DNA of 64,000 nucleotides from Candidatus Woesearchaeota archaeon (GTDB lineage Archaea > Nanobdellota > Nanobdellia > SCGC-AAA011-G17 > GW2011-AR20), in the NCBI GenBank assembly GCA_016203115.1, contig JACQNJ010000019.1, forward strand, positions 724-64,723. Reading direction: 5' to 3'. The translations under genes and the position numbers were made by a program. Positions 8,147 to 19,159 of this stretch are shown here, in pieces. Under the pieces are notes generated by a model. The model was not told the DNA's origin, ran no database searches, and saw only the letters and a list, made by a program, of their open reading frames with translations. How positions within the stretch are numbered: position 1 is the first letter of the stretch; every line of letters starts with the position of its first letter.

Positions 8147-10048
8147 ATGAAAAAACTAATTTTGTTCTTGGTTTTATTTGTAGCGTTATTAAGTATTAAT
8201 ATATCTGCATTCCCAGAACTGGAAGATGCTAGATGGGCAAAAAACTACGAGAGCTCAGTAACAATAAGAAACGGCGAAACAGCTTCTTTATTTTATACAA
8301 TCTCTTCATCTAATGCTCCAGTATTAGTATCAATATATTTAACAGACAACAGAGACCATCCTTTAAGTCATATACTTACACAAGAAATAACAGAAGAAGA
8401 TTTCAATAAGCAGGGTTATATTTACAGCAATGGAGAGTTAAAGTTGGGTTATACAAGTGGCTTGATAAATATAGAGCCTAACAATTATGATCTAAAAGAG
8501 GGCAATTACAACATACAAATTGAGATAAAAGATGAAAAGAACAATGAGAGAAACAGTATATTAGCTCTAGAGTTGGTTGTAGCAGAATCAACAGGCAACA
8601 AGTTACCAACAGCAGTAATAAGCGTATTCCCTTCTAAGACAGTTGTAATTGGCACACCTGTAACAGTATCAGGATTAGATTCTTATGATGAAGATGGTTC
8701 AGTAGAAGAATACGAATGGCTCCAATTTTCAGGAAATGAGGAATTTTCATTCGATCCAAAAGCACCTGCAATTATAGTTACTCCAACTAAAGAAGGGTAT
8801 TTCTCATTTATATTAAAAGTTATAGATAATGAAGGATTAAAAAGCTCAATAAGTTTAGAAGAAGTCAAAGTAGTAAAAGAAGTTGTTGAAGAGAATGAAG
8901 CACCAATAGCCAATGCAGGCCAGGATCAAAAGGTCGAAGCAAATTCACTAGTAACATTAGATGGTTCATTATCATCCGATCCTGAGGGGGATCAGATAAC
9001 ATACCTATGGAAGCAGGTAAATGGCGAAGGTGTTGTATTATCAGGAATAACAACGCAAAATCCACAGTTCTTAGCATCTGAAGTAGGAGTCTATAATTTT
9101 GAACTAACAGTAGCAGACAGTAGAGGAGCAAGCAGCACAGACCAAGTAACTATTACAGTAGTTAGTGCAAGCAACATTAACCCAGTAGCTCTATTCAATA
9201 TCCCATCAGAAGCAAAAGTAAATGAACCAGTAACATTTGATGCCTCACCTTCATATGACCAAGATGGTTCAATAGTTGAATACAAGTGGGAAACAGATGG
9301 CAACACTCTTTTCGATAAGATAGCAAGCTATGTTTACACAACCACAAAAGAATTCATTGTAAAGCTTACAGTAAAGGACAATAAAGGTGCTGTTTCAACA
9401 TTAGAAAAGACAATTAGCATAAGAGAAGAGATTAATCCTGAAGAGAACAAAGCTCCAATAGCAAACGCAGGAAACGATCAAACAGTAAAAATTAATAATA
9501 TAGTAACATTAGACGGTTCTTTGTCTTATGACCCTGATGGAGACGGGATTTCCTATAGCTGGATTCAAACAGAAGGCCCACTAGTAAATTTATTGGGCTC
9601 AGCAACTAAGAACCCAAGGTTCACAGCAGAAACCATGGGAAGGTACAAATTCTCTTTAACAGTAATTGATGACAAAGGAAAAGAAAGCCTGCCAGATGAG
9701 GTGATTACTCTCGTATTAGAAGATGGTCAAGTTCCCCCTCAAGAAGAAGTTTCAAGAGAAATTCATAAATTTACGATCACATCAGCATTTGCCCAAGAAA
9801 AAGACAATAGGTTAGATGTATATGCAAAGATAAAAAACAGGGGCAACAACAGAGAGAATATAATAATGACAGTAACAGTTTTGCCTACAGGAGAATATTC
9901 ATCAGCTAGAACAGTTGCAGGCATAAAAGAAAACAGTTATGAGGTCGTCTCAGTAAACAAACCTCAAGAATCTGGTGATTATATCATAAAAATAGATGTA
10001 AGCAACAGGAGAGACCGTGATGTTTATTATCTCCCAGTAGAGATTTAA
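8147..10048 (+). CDS. secreted PKD-repeat surface protein
   Basis: Signal peptide, then at least four PKD-like repeats, e.g. APIANAGQDQKVEANSLVTLDGSLSSDPEGDQITYLWKQ and APIANAGNDQTVKINNIVTLDGSLSYDPDGDGISYSWIQ. Confidence 0.7.
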   Translation: MKKLILFLVLFVALLSINISAFPELEDARWAKNYESSVTIRNGETASLFYTISSSNAPVLVSIYLTDNRDHPLSHILTQEITEEDFNKQGYIYSNGELKLGYTSGLINIEPNNYDLKEGNYNIQIEIKDEKNNERNSILALELVVAESTGNKLPTAVISVFPSKTVVIGTPVTVSGLDSYDEDGSVEEYEWLQFSGNEEFSFDPKAPAIIVTPTKEGYFSFILKVIDNEGLKSSISLEEVKVVKEVVEENEAPIANAGQDQKVEANSLVTLDGSLSSDPEGDQITYLWKQVNGEGVVLSGITTQNPQFLASEVGVYNFELTVADSRGASSTDQVTITVVSASNINPVALFNIPSEAKVNEPVTFDASPSYDQDGSIVEYKWETDGNTLFDKIASYVYTTTKEFIVKLTVKDNKGAVSTLEKTISIREEINPEENKAPIANAGNDQTVKINNIVTLDGSLSYDPDGDGISYSWIQTEGPLVNLLGSATKNPRFTAETMGRYKFSLTVIDDKGKESLPDEVITLVLEDGQVPPQEEVSREIHKFTITSAFAQEKDNRLDVYAKIKNRGNNRENIIMTVTVLPTGEYSSARTVAGIKENSYEVVSVNKPQESGDYIIKIDVSNRRDRDVYYLPVEI

Positions 10049-10129
10049 ATATCACCGAAAAGTTTATATAGGCTTTCATGACTACAAAATAATAACAAAA
10101 TCCACGATTATTAGGGGGTTGGAAATAAA

Positions 10130-11449
10130 ATGAAAAAGTTACTAAACATGATATTGGCGTTTTTTGTAGTTCTAAGTGCATTGCCATTAGTAAATGCGCA
10201 AGCAAGTGAACTATCATTCGCAGAGATAGAAGTTGAAGGAACTTCTGTAGTGTTGAATGACGAAATAATGAGTATTGCTATAGTAAAGGATTTGACAGAA
10301 AGCAGAGAAACATCTTTGCCTATAAGAGTAAGATTAACATCTACAAAAGAGTTCAAAGACTTAAAAGTTTCAGCATGGATTGGTGGATATGAATTTGGAG
10401 TCCCAAGAGCAACTTCAGATCCATTTGATATGACCACTTATAATACACAAGTTGTTAAATCTGTTGTATTAAATGTTCCATTGCCTAAAGATTTAGAATC
10501 ATCTAAAGAGTACAAATTAAATGTTGAAGCCTTCAATAACGAAATAACCATAAAGAAAGAAATAAAGTTGAATATTGAAGGAAAGAGGCATTTCGTAGAC
10601 TTATTTGATGTTGTTGTAAATCCAGGATTAAGAGTTGATGCAGGCACACCATTAATTATAAAGGCAAGGCTTGAGAATCTTGGAGACAGAGTTGAGGACA
10701 ACATAAAGGTCACAGCCAAGGCTAATCTTGTAGATAAAGAAGGAAACAGCTTTACAGTTTCTGACAGCGATTTCATAGATGAGTTAGTTCCAAGATCAGA
10801 AGAAAGGGGCGATGATGAAAGCTCAACATCAACTGATGACTTATTACTGATAATTCCCAAAAGCACAAAGCAAGGAGCCTACAAGTTATTCGTAGATGTA
10901 AACTTCAACAGGGGGACTGAAACAGTCTCAGCTGAATACGACTTGACAATAAATGGGAAGGAATCAGCAATATCAGATGCAGATATTCTAATCTCATCCT
11001 CAGAAGCAAGCAAGAGTACTCCAAAAGGTACACAAGTTGTTTACCCTGTTCAAATTGCAAATTTAGGAAAAGAAGCAAGAACTTTAATATTTGATGTTAC
11101 AGGAGTAAAAGACTGGGCAGCAGCAAGTGTTAGTCCTGCAGCCTTAACAGTTGCACCAGGCTCCACATCTGAACTATTTGTTACAGTAACAGCTACGGAA
11201 GGAGCAACTCAAGGTTCGCACATCTTTGCACTTAAGGTTTTAGAAAACAGTGAAACTGTAAAGGAGCTTAATTTGCAAGGGCAAGTAGTTGGAATAACAC
11301 AAAGCACAACAAGCGAGTTCAGGAAAGGATTAGAAATGGCTTTCCTTGTGCTATTAGGCCTATTAATCATTCTTGGAATTGTAGTTGCAATCAGAAAAGC
11401 TACAATGAAGAGTGAAACTGAAGAGGCTAAAGGGGAAACTTATTACTAA
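10130..11449 (+). CDS. secreted surface protein with a C-terminal TM anchor
   Basis: Signal peptide. C-terminal hydrophobic helix followed by RKAT. S-layer or adhesin-like architecture. Confidence 0.65.
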   Translation: MKKLLNMILAFFVVLSALPLVNAQASELSFAEIEVEGTSVVLNDEIMSIAIVKDLTESRETSLPIRVRLTSTKEFKDLKVSAWIGGYEFGVPRATSDPFDMTTYNTQVVKSVVLNVPLPKDLESSKEYKLNVEAFNNEITIKKEIKLNIEGKRHFVDLFDVVVNPGLRVDAGTPLIIKARLENLGDRVEDNIKVTAKANLVDKEGNSFTVSDSDFIDELVPRSEERGDDESSTSTDDLLLIIPKSTKQGAYKLFVDVNFNRGTETVSAEYDLTINGKESAISDADILISSSEASKSTPKGTQVVYPVQIANLGKEARTLIFDVTGVKDWAAASVSPAALTVAPGSTSELFVTVTATEGATQGSHIFALKVLENSETVKELNLQGQVVGITQSTTSEFRKGLEMAFLVLLGLLIILGIVVAIRKATMKSETEEAKGETYY

Positions 11450-11501
11450 ATACCGAGAATAGACGGTATTTAATAGAGGTTTATCCTCTTATTTTTTTCT
11501 T
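11450..11501 (+). terminator. terminator-like hairpins plus oligo-T
   Basis: Inverted repeat ATACCG-N8-CGGTAT, then AGAGG-ttat-CCTCT, then TATTTTTTTCTT. Begins right after the stop of the 10130 gene. Confidence 0.35.
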
Positions 11502-11537
11502 AAAATTTTTAAAGCCTCCGAATGGAAGGATATTAAA

Positions 11538-11777
11538 ATGAAAGAAGAAGAAAAACGAATAGATGTGTTGGAAGTCCTTGCTATGGGAGCAGCTAGTGGT
11601 GTTGATGATCCTAGAAGGGGATTAATAGGACATGCTGAAAGATTGAGTAAAAGGATTCCTGCTTTCAACCCTTCTGAACTTCCTGAATATCAAAAGGTAC
11701 TTGATGCCTTAGTGGAATATAGACAAGCCGTCATTAGAAAACTTGTTGAAATACAAGAAGGCGGCTATACCCTATAA
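11538..11777 (+). CDS. hypothetical protein (79 aa)
   Basis: ORF only. Confidence 0.4.
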   Translation: MKEEEKRIDVLEVLAMGAASGVDDPRRGLIGHAERLSKRIPAFNPSELPEYQKVLDALVEYRQAVIRKLVEIQEGGYTL

Positions 11778-11992
11778 GCACTCTTTAGATAGGGAGTGTT
11801 GAAATAAGTGAAGAAATAGCTGTTTACTTATTTAAGTATTTATTACTAAGTTTCTTTATTTTTTTCTTTTTTAATATTCTAAGGGATATAGCTAAAATTA
11901 CATAATAGTGAAACAATATATTTTCTACTACAATAAAGTATATATATGGTTTCAACTTTCGAGAGTAATAACAAAATGGAAGGGATTTTGAT

Positions 11993-14443
11993 ATGAACAA
12001 GAGGGGAAAAGAAATAATTATTTTATTAATCTTAATTATCCTTCTAGCGCCTAATCTAAATGCAGAATTTACACCAACAACAGAAGAAACAGCAAAGACA
12101 GTATGCCAAGGCACAACAAGCGTTTTCACAGCATTTGTTGAGGGTTCTGGAAACATTAATATAAATAAAGAAGGAACAGCTAGCTCTTTCACTACCATTG
12201 TCCCATCAGGTTTAGTTCTTAATCTAAATAAAAAACCAGTGTTCCTATATGTCACTCCAAGTTCAAAAGTGCAGCCAGGAGCTTATAATCTTGATCTAAA
12301 GATTAACGACGGCTCATTGGAAAAGATTTTGCCATTAAATGTGAATGTAAAGGATTGCACAACATTTGAAATATCAGGTAAAACAGAAAAAGAAGTATGT
12401 GGTTGTGAATCCCAGCAGTTTGAATTCGAAATAAAAAACACAGGAATATACCAAGAAACATATGCTCTGTCAATAAAAGGAGAGGCTAAAGACTTTGTGG
12501 AGTTAAATAAAAATGAAATAAATCTAAATCCAAATAAATCCACGAAGATTATAGCAACAGTAAAAGCCCCTTGTAATAGCCTCGGAATAAAAGGATTTTC
12601 GTTAAATGTAGAATCAAAAACAAGCAACTCAGTTGCCTCAATAGACAGCAGTATAAAAATCAACAATTGCTTTGACTATAATGCAATAGCAAGTACAGAG
12701 TTAGTTGAGATATGTGAGCACACAAAAGAAGAAATAAAGATCACAATAGAAAACACAGCAGATAAAAGCAATAGTTATAGCCTAAAAATAATAGGACCTG
12801 CATGGGCAAATTTAGAAAAAAAAGAGATTATAGTAAATCCAAAGGATAGTGAGGCAGTAAATCTTGTCTTAACACCAGATTACAAAACTAAAGGAAGTTT
12901 TGATATTGAACTAAGGTTAGAAGATGTAAATGGAAAAATAAGAAAAGATAAGGTAATTAAGGCAAATATAAAAAAATGCCATGATGCTTCGCTCAGCATC
13001 ATAAGCCCAATAGAGACAGTATGTCAGTCAATCCCAAGAGAAGTTCCTGTATTCATAAAAAACACAGGGGAGTTTGATAAAACATTTGGGCTGGACTCAG
13101 ATACTGAATGGGCGTCAGTATCTGAGAAAAGATTAATTATAGATGCGTCTGATGAAAAAGAGACAGCATTAAAGTTATCTCCAAATGAAGAAATCAAGCC
13201 AGGAAAATATCCTGTAACATTAAAGCTCTCCTCCTTAGATGAAAGTAATATAATAAAAGAAGACACAATAGAAGTGGATGTAATCACAGTAAATGATTGT
13301 TATCAGCCATCTATCACGACAGAAAATACAATAGAAGTAGCTACAGACAACACCGCAACATCTGCCTTGACAATAACAAATAACGGAAAAGAAAAAGCAG
13401 ATTACGAGCTTTCTGTGACAGGTACAGCCTCAAGTTTCGTGCAGTTGAATCCAAGCATAATCACAATTGATCCAAAAAAATCAGAAGTTGTTCAATTATA
13501 TATCGCACCTACAACAAGAATAGAAAAAGGAGATTACACAGTTAAACTAACAATAAAAGAAAAAGGCTCTGACATCCTTGAAGAAAAAGATATAACTATT
13601 AGTGTGAAAGAAGAATCTAAAATAAAAAAAGTAGAAATTGAAGATAGTAACAATAAGATAACAGGAAAACTTTCTGGATTGTTTGGACCTAGAGAAGAAT
13701 CAAAGAAATTAAAAGAGTTTAAGCAGGAAACAATAGTGAGAGAATCAACTGAATTCCAGTTAAAAGGAGAAGTCCATAACCTTTCTATTGAAGAAATAAA
13801 GGAAAATTCAGTCACATTAAAAATAAGCTCTGATCCAGTAATAGTAGTTCTATTCCTAAATGACGCCAAAGAAGTGGATATAGACAACAATGGTGTCGCT
13901 GATTTAAGGTTGACCTTAGATTCAATTGAAAATGGAGTCCCAATAATAAAAGTTATAGAGATAAATGCACAGGCAATTGAAGAAGCAAGTGGACCAGGAT
14001 TTTTCTCGAAATACAGAACATGGATTATAGGGGCAATAGTAGTAATAATCTTGATTGTCCTAGCGAGTGTCTTCTTGTCTGAAGATGAAGAGGAAAAGGA
14101 AGTAAAAGAAGGTACTGAAGAAGAAAAAATTAAAGTTGGCAGGTATGTCCTAGCAGTTATTGCTATAGGGGTAATAGCCTGGCTATTAAGTAGATATGGC
14201 TTATTAGCATCTGTAGATTTGTATAAGTATTATATTATAATTGGGTTATTAGTTCTATTAATCCTTGTAGTAATAATAAAGTACTGGGAAGAAATTTCTT
14301 CATTTTTTGAAGAAGAATACGAAGAGGAAAAGAAAGAAGAAGCTCTCCAGGAGAAAAAAGAAAAGGCAATAAAAAAAGAAGAAAAAGATTTAGTAAAGAA
14401 AGAGACTAAAGAAGTGAAAGAAAAGAAAGTAGTCAAAAAGTAA
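11993..14443 (+). CDS. large secreted surface protein with C-terminal TM helices and a K/E-rich tail
   Basis: Signal peptide and repeated roughly 100-aa beta-rich modules (e.g. ITNNGKEKADYELSVTG, IKNTGIYQETYALSIKG). Two C-terminal TM segments and a KE-rich cytoplasmic tail. Confidence 0.65.
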   Translation: MNKRGKEIIILLILIILLAPNLNAEFTPTTEETAKTVCQGTTSVFTAFVEGSGNININKEGTASSFTTIVPSGLVLNLNKKPVFLYVTPSSKVQPGAYNLDLKINDGSLEKILPLNVNVKDCTTFEISGKTEKEVCGCESQQFEFEIKNTGIYQETYALSIKGEAKDFVELNKNEINLNPNKSTKIIATVKAPCNSLGIKGFSLNVESKTSNSVASIDSSIKINNCFDYNAIASTELVEICEHTKEEIKITIENTADKSNSYSLKIIGPAWANLEKKEIIVNPKDSEAVNLVLTPDYKTKGSFDIELRLEDVNGKIRKDKVIKANIKKCHDASLSIISPIETVCQSIPREVPVFIKNTGEFDKTFGLDSDTEWASVSEKRLIIDASDEKETALKLSPNEEIKPGKYPVTLKLSSLDESNIIKEDTIEVDVITVNDCYQPSITTENTIEVATDNTATSALTITNNGKEKADYELSVTGTASSFVQLNPSIITIDPKKSEVVQLYIAPTTRIEKGDYTVKLTIKEKGSDILEEKDITISVKEESKIKKVEIEDSNNKITGKLSGLFGPREESKKLKEFKQETIVRESTEFQLKGEVHNLSIEEIKENSVTLKISSDPVIVVLFLNDAKEVDIDNNGVADLRLTLDSIENGVPIIKVIEINAQAIEEASGPGFFSKYRTWIIGAIVVIILIVLASVFLSEDEEEKEVKEGTEEEKIKVGRYVLAVIAIGVIAWLLSRYGLLASVDLYKYYIIIGLLVLLILVVIIKYWEEISSFFEEEYEEEKKEEALQEKKEKAIKKEEKDLVKKETKEVKEKKVVKK

Positions 14444-14687
14444 TGAACAGATATAAGGTTAGAAGGGATAGTTATTGGACCTCCAACACTTAAAAAAGAA
14501 AGAGCTAAAAAAGGTTTTTTACATAAAAGACGTTGCTCTTTTAAGTAATAAACAATTAACTAGACAATTTCTATATTTAGTTAGTAAAGAAGTTGAATTG
14601 TTGTGTTATCCTTTAGCTTTAAGATTGCCAGATAGTGTCTCAGACAGCCCAATGTAATCTTACAAATGCCTTTTAAGTTAAACTAGT

Positions 14688-17600
14688 CTAAATTTTCAAG
14701 CTAACAACTTTGCTCACGCCATCATTCATGCTTACTCCATAAATTTGATTGGCTTCTGAGATAATGGCATCATTATGGCTTATTACAATATACTGTGCCT
14801 TCTGAGAGTATTGTGCAAATAGTTTACTTAGCTTAAAAGAATTAGGTTTGTCCAAAGCGGCATCAACTTCATCAAATAAATAAAAGCTGGCAGGATGGTA
14901 TTCTTGGATTGCAAAAATAAACGCCAAAGCAGCCATAGTTTTTTCTCCACCACTTAATCCTTTAATATCTAGATACTTATTTCCTGCAATCTTGACCTTA
15001 ATGTCTAAACCTCCACTAAAAGGATCCTCAGTATCCTCTAATTCCAGGTAAGCATTTCCTTTAAGAGTCAATTGATTGAAAATTCCTCTGAAGTTTTTCT
15101 CAATTTCATTAAAAGTCTTCATGAACAAGCCCTTTTTCTTGCTTTCAATTTCCTGCATCATAGCGACAACATCTTCTTTTTCCTGCTTTAGTTTATTGGA
15201 CTTATCAACTAAAGATCCATATTCCTTTTCGAGAGATTCATAAACTTCCAGAGCCTTAAGGTTAACATTCCCAAACTTAGCTATCTCCTTCTCATTAGAT
15301 TGAATTTCAATCTTTAGTTCATCCAAAGCAACACCTTTTCGTAAGCTAAACCCAGCAAAGGCTTCAAATTCCTTCTGAAGACCTGCAATCTCTGCTGTTA
15401 TCCTGGCCCTATCAACAGAAAAAGCATTAAACCTGCTGTTCAAAGCAATGACTCTCTCTTCGTCACGAACTAGATTATTCTCTTTTTGTTGTAATTGCTC
15501 TTGTATCTTGTTTCTTTTATTAAATAAATTCTTAAATTCAGAATAAAATTTCTGCTCAATAACCTCTTTTTCCTTTAAACGAGAATTCATCTCTTTAATA
15601 GAAACCTGCAGCACTTTCATCTCGCCAGTAAAGTCATCTACTTCCTTGTCATGATCTTTCAATATCTTGCCTATCTTCTCATATTCTGGTATAAGCATAG
15701 TATCCAGCTGGTTTGTCATATTCTTAATATCAGAACTCAAAGAGACAATTTTCTCTCTTAGGAATAATCGTTGAGATTCTAAAGAGTTTGCATCTAAATC
15801 TCTTATTTCTTTTTGTTTTTTCTCTCTTAAAAGTTGAATTTCCTTGTTCAAGCTGAGAACGTCTTGTTGCACATTTTCAATTTCCTTATTCAGTTTGTTT
15901 AGTTGGGTTTTTAATTCCTTTTCATCTTTATGAAGCTTACCAGCATCAATGCCACCTGTAGTCTTCTCTATTTTCATAATTTCTATCTCAAAATTAGTTT
16001 TTTGCTCCCTTAATGTAAAGAGCAAAGCTTCATTCTCAGTTTTATTTTGCTCTAAAGTATTAATAGTATTTTGTAAATGTGAAACTTCCCCTTCAAGTTT
16101 TGCAATTTCCTCGATAACATCTTTCTCCTTGAACCCCAAACCTTCTTTTCTCTTCCTATATCCCCCAATCATAGCACCACTTGTCTCCATTAGGTCTCCC
16201 TCTAAGGTTACCATTCTGGCGCTGCCTATGCCGATACTTCTAGCAGTTTCAACATTATCAACAACTAAAGTATTGCCAAAGACATAGCTAAAGACATTAG
16301 AGAATTTAGACTCAAACTTAACCAAGTCAAGTGCAGAGCCGTGAACACCTTGTCCCTTTTTAATAGAAGAACTGGGAATAGACTTCATTTTATTTAACGG
16401 CAAAAACGCCACAATTCCCATCTTCTTTTCTTTCAAATATTTAATGCACTTACTGGCAACTAAATCGTCTTGCACAACAACAGCATTAATTCTAGATCCG
16501 GCCGCAACTTCTAAAGCCAATGAATATTTCTTGTCAACTTGCCCCAAACCCCCAACAGTATTAAATATTCCATTAATTCCAGATTTGAGAATTTGTCTTA
16601 TGGAAAGATCAGCAGCATTTCCCTCTCTAATTCCAATATTTCTAACTCTAAGGGTAGCAAGTTTCTCATTTTTTTCCACAATTTCTCTTCTTGTTTTTCC
16701 TAACTGGGATGCATACATAGAATCATTGTTCAATTTCTTATTCAGCTCATCCGCAACTTCTTTAAAATCTTTCTTAAGTTCACTAATATCTCCTATCAGA
16801 TTCTCAGAAGATAATTTTTTAGAGATATCATCTAGTAAATAAGAAACTTTGTCTTTCTCCCTCAAAAGAGTTTGTTCTTTATCCTTAAAAGAGTAAAGCA
16901 TTTCCTGCTTCCTTGTGATATGTAAATCCAGATCATCTTCCACTGCTCCTTTAGAGCTTTTTATTTGTAAAGCAACAGTTTTTTCTTCCTTATCATAATT
17001 GTTTTTTTCTAAAGTTAATTTTTTAATATCTTCTTTAATATCATTTATTTTCTTCACCAAATTTTCTCTGTCTAATTTTAACTGTTTTTTCCTGTTATCT
17101 ATCCTGAAAAGCTCATTTTGAAGAGTTTCTAGTCTATTCTTATTCTTTGACAATTCCTCCCTCAGTAGCTCAATTTCTTTATGTAATTCCTTTTGCTCTT
17201 TCTCTCCCTTAAGTTCTATCTCTTCATTAATTGTCTTAATATTTTGCTTAACACTCTCAATTTCAGTTTTCAAAGAGCATATTTTTTCCTCAAATTTAGA
17301 TTTCTGCTCTTCATGCTGTTTGAGATTATTCTCTACATCTTTCAAGTCATCTTTTTTCTTCTTCAATTGCGAGTCAATAAGAGTAGCCTTGCTTCTTTTG
17401 ACATTTTCCTCCAATTCCTTGTACCTGACAGCCTGGTCTCTCTCGCTTTTTAACTCCTTCAAATAAGTATTTCTTTCTGTTAATATAATCTCAATCTCCC
17501 CAATTTTAGCTTGAAATTTTTCAAGCTCTCTCATTGCCTTTTCTTTTTTCTCCTGATAAACAGAAATTCCAGCTATATCCTCAATTATCTCTCTTCTCTC

Positions 17601-18068
17601 TTCACCCCTCATCTCCATAAAGTGTACAATGTCACCCTGCAAGATGATGTTATGTCCATCTGGATCAACACTCGCAGCACTTAAGAAATCAACAACCTGT
17701 TGTCTCGTCATTTTTTTATTATTAATCTTATACAAAGAAATGCCCTTTTGGTTTACAGCTCTTGTAATAGCGATGTCCTTTTCCTTCAAAGGAAAAATTT
17801 CATCAGAATTATCAAAAACAACAGTCGCCTCTGCTTCCTTAAATGGTTTGGAATTTTTGCCACCATTATAAATAAGGTTAGCAGTCTTCTCAGCCCTCAT
17901 AGATTTAGCAGAACTTTTCCCCAAAACAAAAGTAATCAAATCTGCAACATTGCTTTTACCCGCTCCATTTGGCCCTATAATGCAGTTATAATTATTACCA
18001 AAAAGAAGTTCAGTTTTCTTTGCAAACGATTTAAATCCCTTAGCAGAGATGCTTTTAATGACTGTCAT
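14688..18068 (-). CDS. smc: chromosome segregation protein SMC
   Basis: Walker A GPNGAGKSN, long coiled coils with a hinge, signature LSGGEKT, Walker B DEVDAALD. Length 1126 aa. Confidence 0.9.
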   Translation of the reverse strand: MTVIKSISAKGFKSFAKKTELLFGNNYNCIIGPNGAGKSNVADLITFVLGKSSAKSMRAEKTANLIYNGGKNSKPFKEAEATVVFDNSDEIFPLKEKDIAITRAVNQKGISLYKINNKKMTRQQVVDFLSAASVDPDGHNIILQGDIVHFMEMRGEERREIIEDIAGISVYQEKKEKAMRELEKFQAKIGEIEIILTERNTYLKELKSERDQAVRYKELEENVKRSKATLIDSQLKKKKDDLKDVENNLKQHEEQKSKFEEKICSLKTEIESVKQNIKTINEEIELKGEKEQKELHKEIELLREELSKNKNRLETLQNELFRIDNRKKQLKLDRENLVKKINDIKEDIKKLTLEKNNYDKEEKTVALQIKSSKGAVEDDLDLHITRKQEMLYSFKDKEQTLLREKDKVSYLLDDISKKLSSENLIGDISELKKDFKEVADELNKKLNNDSMYASQLGKTRREIVEKNEKLATLRVRNIGIREGNAADLSIRQILKSGINGIFNTVGGLGQVDKKYSLALEVAAGSRINAVVVQDDLVASKCIKYLKEKKMGIVAFLPLNKMKSIPSSSIKKGQGVHGSALDLVKFESKFSNVFSYVFGNTLVVDNVETARSIGIGSARMVTLEGDLMETSGAMIGGYRKRKEGLGFKEKDVIEEIAKLEGEVSHLQNTINTLEQNKTENEALLFTLREQKTNFEIEIMKIEKTTGGIDAGKLHKDEKELKTQLNKLNKEIENVQQDVLSLNKEIQLLREKKQKEIRDLDANSLESQRLFLREKIVSLSSDIKNMTNQLDTMLIPEYEKIGKILKDHDKEVDDFTGEMKVLQVSIKEMNSRLKEKEVIEQKFYSEFKNLFNKRNKIQEQLQQKENNLVRDEERVIALNSRFNAFSVDRARITAEIAGLQKEFEAFAGFSLRKGVALDELKIEIQSNEKEIAKFGNVNLKALEVYESLEKEYGSLVDKSNKLKQEKEDVVAMMQEIESKKKGLFMKTFNEIEKNFRGIFNQLTLKGNAYLELEDTEDPFSGGLDIKVKIAGNKYLDIKGLSGGEKTMAALAFIFAIQEYHPASFYLFDEVDAALDKPNSFKLSKLFAQYSQKAQYIVISHNDAIISEANQIYGVSMNDGVSKVVSLKI

Positions 18069-18197
18069 ATTTTAAAAAAGAGGGTTGCTTAGCCTATTTA
18101 AAGTTTTTCCCGTTATACCTCTCCAAATAGCCAAACACCGCCTTAAAACGCTAGATTTATATATTTATGTTCGCTAAAAAGACATTAAGAAGATAAA

Positions 18198-18488
18198 ATG
18201 GTAGACAAGAATGATATTGCAGAGATGGTAAGAAGGATAGTGGAAAAAAGAAAATCAAATAACATGGAAAATGAAAATTTTGAAGAACTGCCTGTAATGA
18301 AAGAAAAGCCAGTAAATATCCAGCAACCAGTAAAGCCAGTCAACAAAAGAGATGAAAAAATTTTCTTTAAGTGCATGGATTGTAACTTTAAGTTTAGAGC
18401 ATTTGAATACAAAGAAAGACCCCGCTGCCCATATTGCTCAAATCTCAATACAGTAAAAGAGCAGTCAATATTTAAAGAACTGATTTAG
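18198..18488 (+). CDS. zinc-ribbon protein (96 aa)
   Basis: C-terminal CMDC...CPYC Cys4 motif. Confidence 0.5.
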   Translation: MVDKNDIAEMVRRIVEKRKSNNMENENFEELPVMKEKPVNIQQPVKPVNKRDEKIFFKCMDCNFKFRAFEYKERPRCPYCSNLNTVKEQSIFKELI

Positions 18489-19135
18489 TATTCCCCTATC
18501 TTTCTTTGCTTCTTGTTTTCTATTAAATTTTTGTAAGACGCCCAGCTTTTTCTGATTATATCTGGAAAGTCTTTATAGTGTTTTTTTAAGAATTCCTGAG
18601 TTTTAGGATCACTAGGGTACCCTGAACCAAAATCAATCTTAATTTTCTTTTTTATATTCTCTATTTCCTTATCTCTTTCAACTTTTGCCAAAATTGAAGC
18701 TGCACTGCAAATTTCAGCAATAAAATCCATTTTATGACCAACATGTAACTCTATATCACTTTTTAATTTCTTCTGTAAATAATTTTTATAAGCTTCGATA
18801 TTATTGCTAGGACAATCAATGTAAGCTTTATTTGGCTTCAATTCATTTAATATTTTTATAGTATTATCCGCTTCCAGCCAGTTTAAATTAGAGTTTTGTC
18901 CTTCAACAGCCCCGTCAATTTCCCTAGGGCTCAATTTTATTAATTTATACTTTACAATTTTCCTTAATTCTTTAGCTATACTCTCTCTTTGTAAAGGGCT
19001 TAATAATTTTGAATCTTTAACGCCAAGTTCTCTTAACTTATTAATTTCATTTTCTTTAATTAAAGCTCCTGCAATAACTAAAAATCCAATAACAGGTCCT
19101 CTCCCGGATTCATCCAGACCGCAAATATAAACCAT
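18485..19135 (-). CDS. rnhB: ribonuclease HII
   Basis: GLDESGRGPVIG active-site motif. Confidence 0.85.
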   Translation of the reverse strand: MVYICGLDESGRGPVIGFLVIAGALIKENEINKLRELGVKDSKLLSPLQRESIAKELRKIVKYKLIKLSPREIDGAVEGQNSNLNWLEADNTIKILNELKPNKAYIDCPSNNIEAYKNYLQKKLKSDIELHVGHKMDFIAEICSAASILAKVERDKEIENIKKKIKIDFGSGYPSDPKTQEFLKKHYKDFPDIIRKSWASYKNLIENKKQRKIGEY

Positions 19136-19159
19136 AATATCAATTATTAAAAGAAGTTT

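Noticed and set aside
14475-14657. 60-aa ORF between the 11993 surface protein gene and the convergent SMC gene
   Set aside because: It lies in a convergent intergenic spacer and has no RBS or conservation cues. It is probably non-coding (terminator region).
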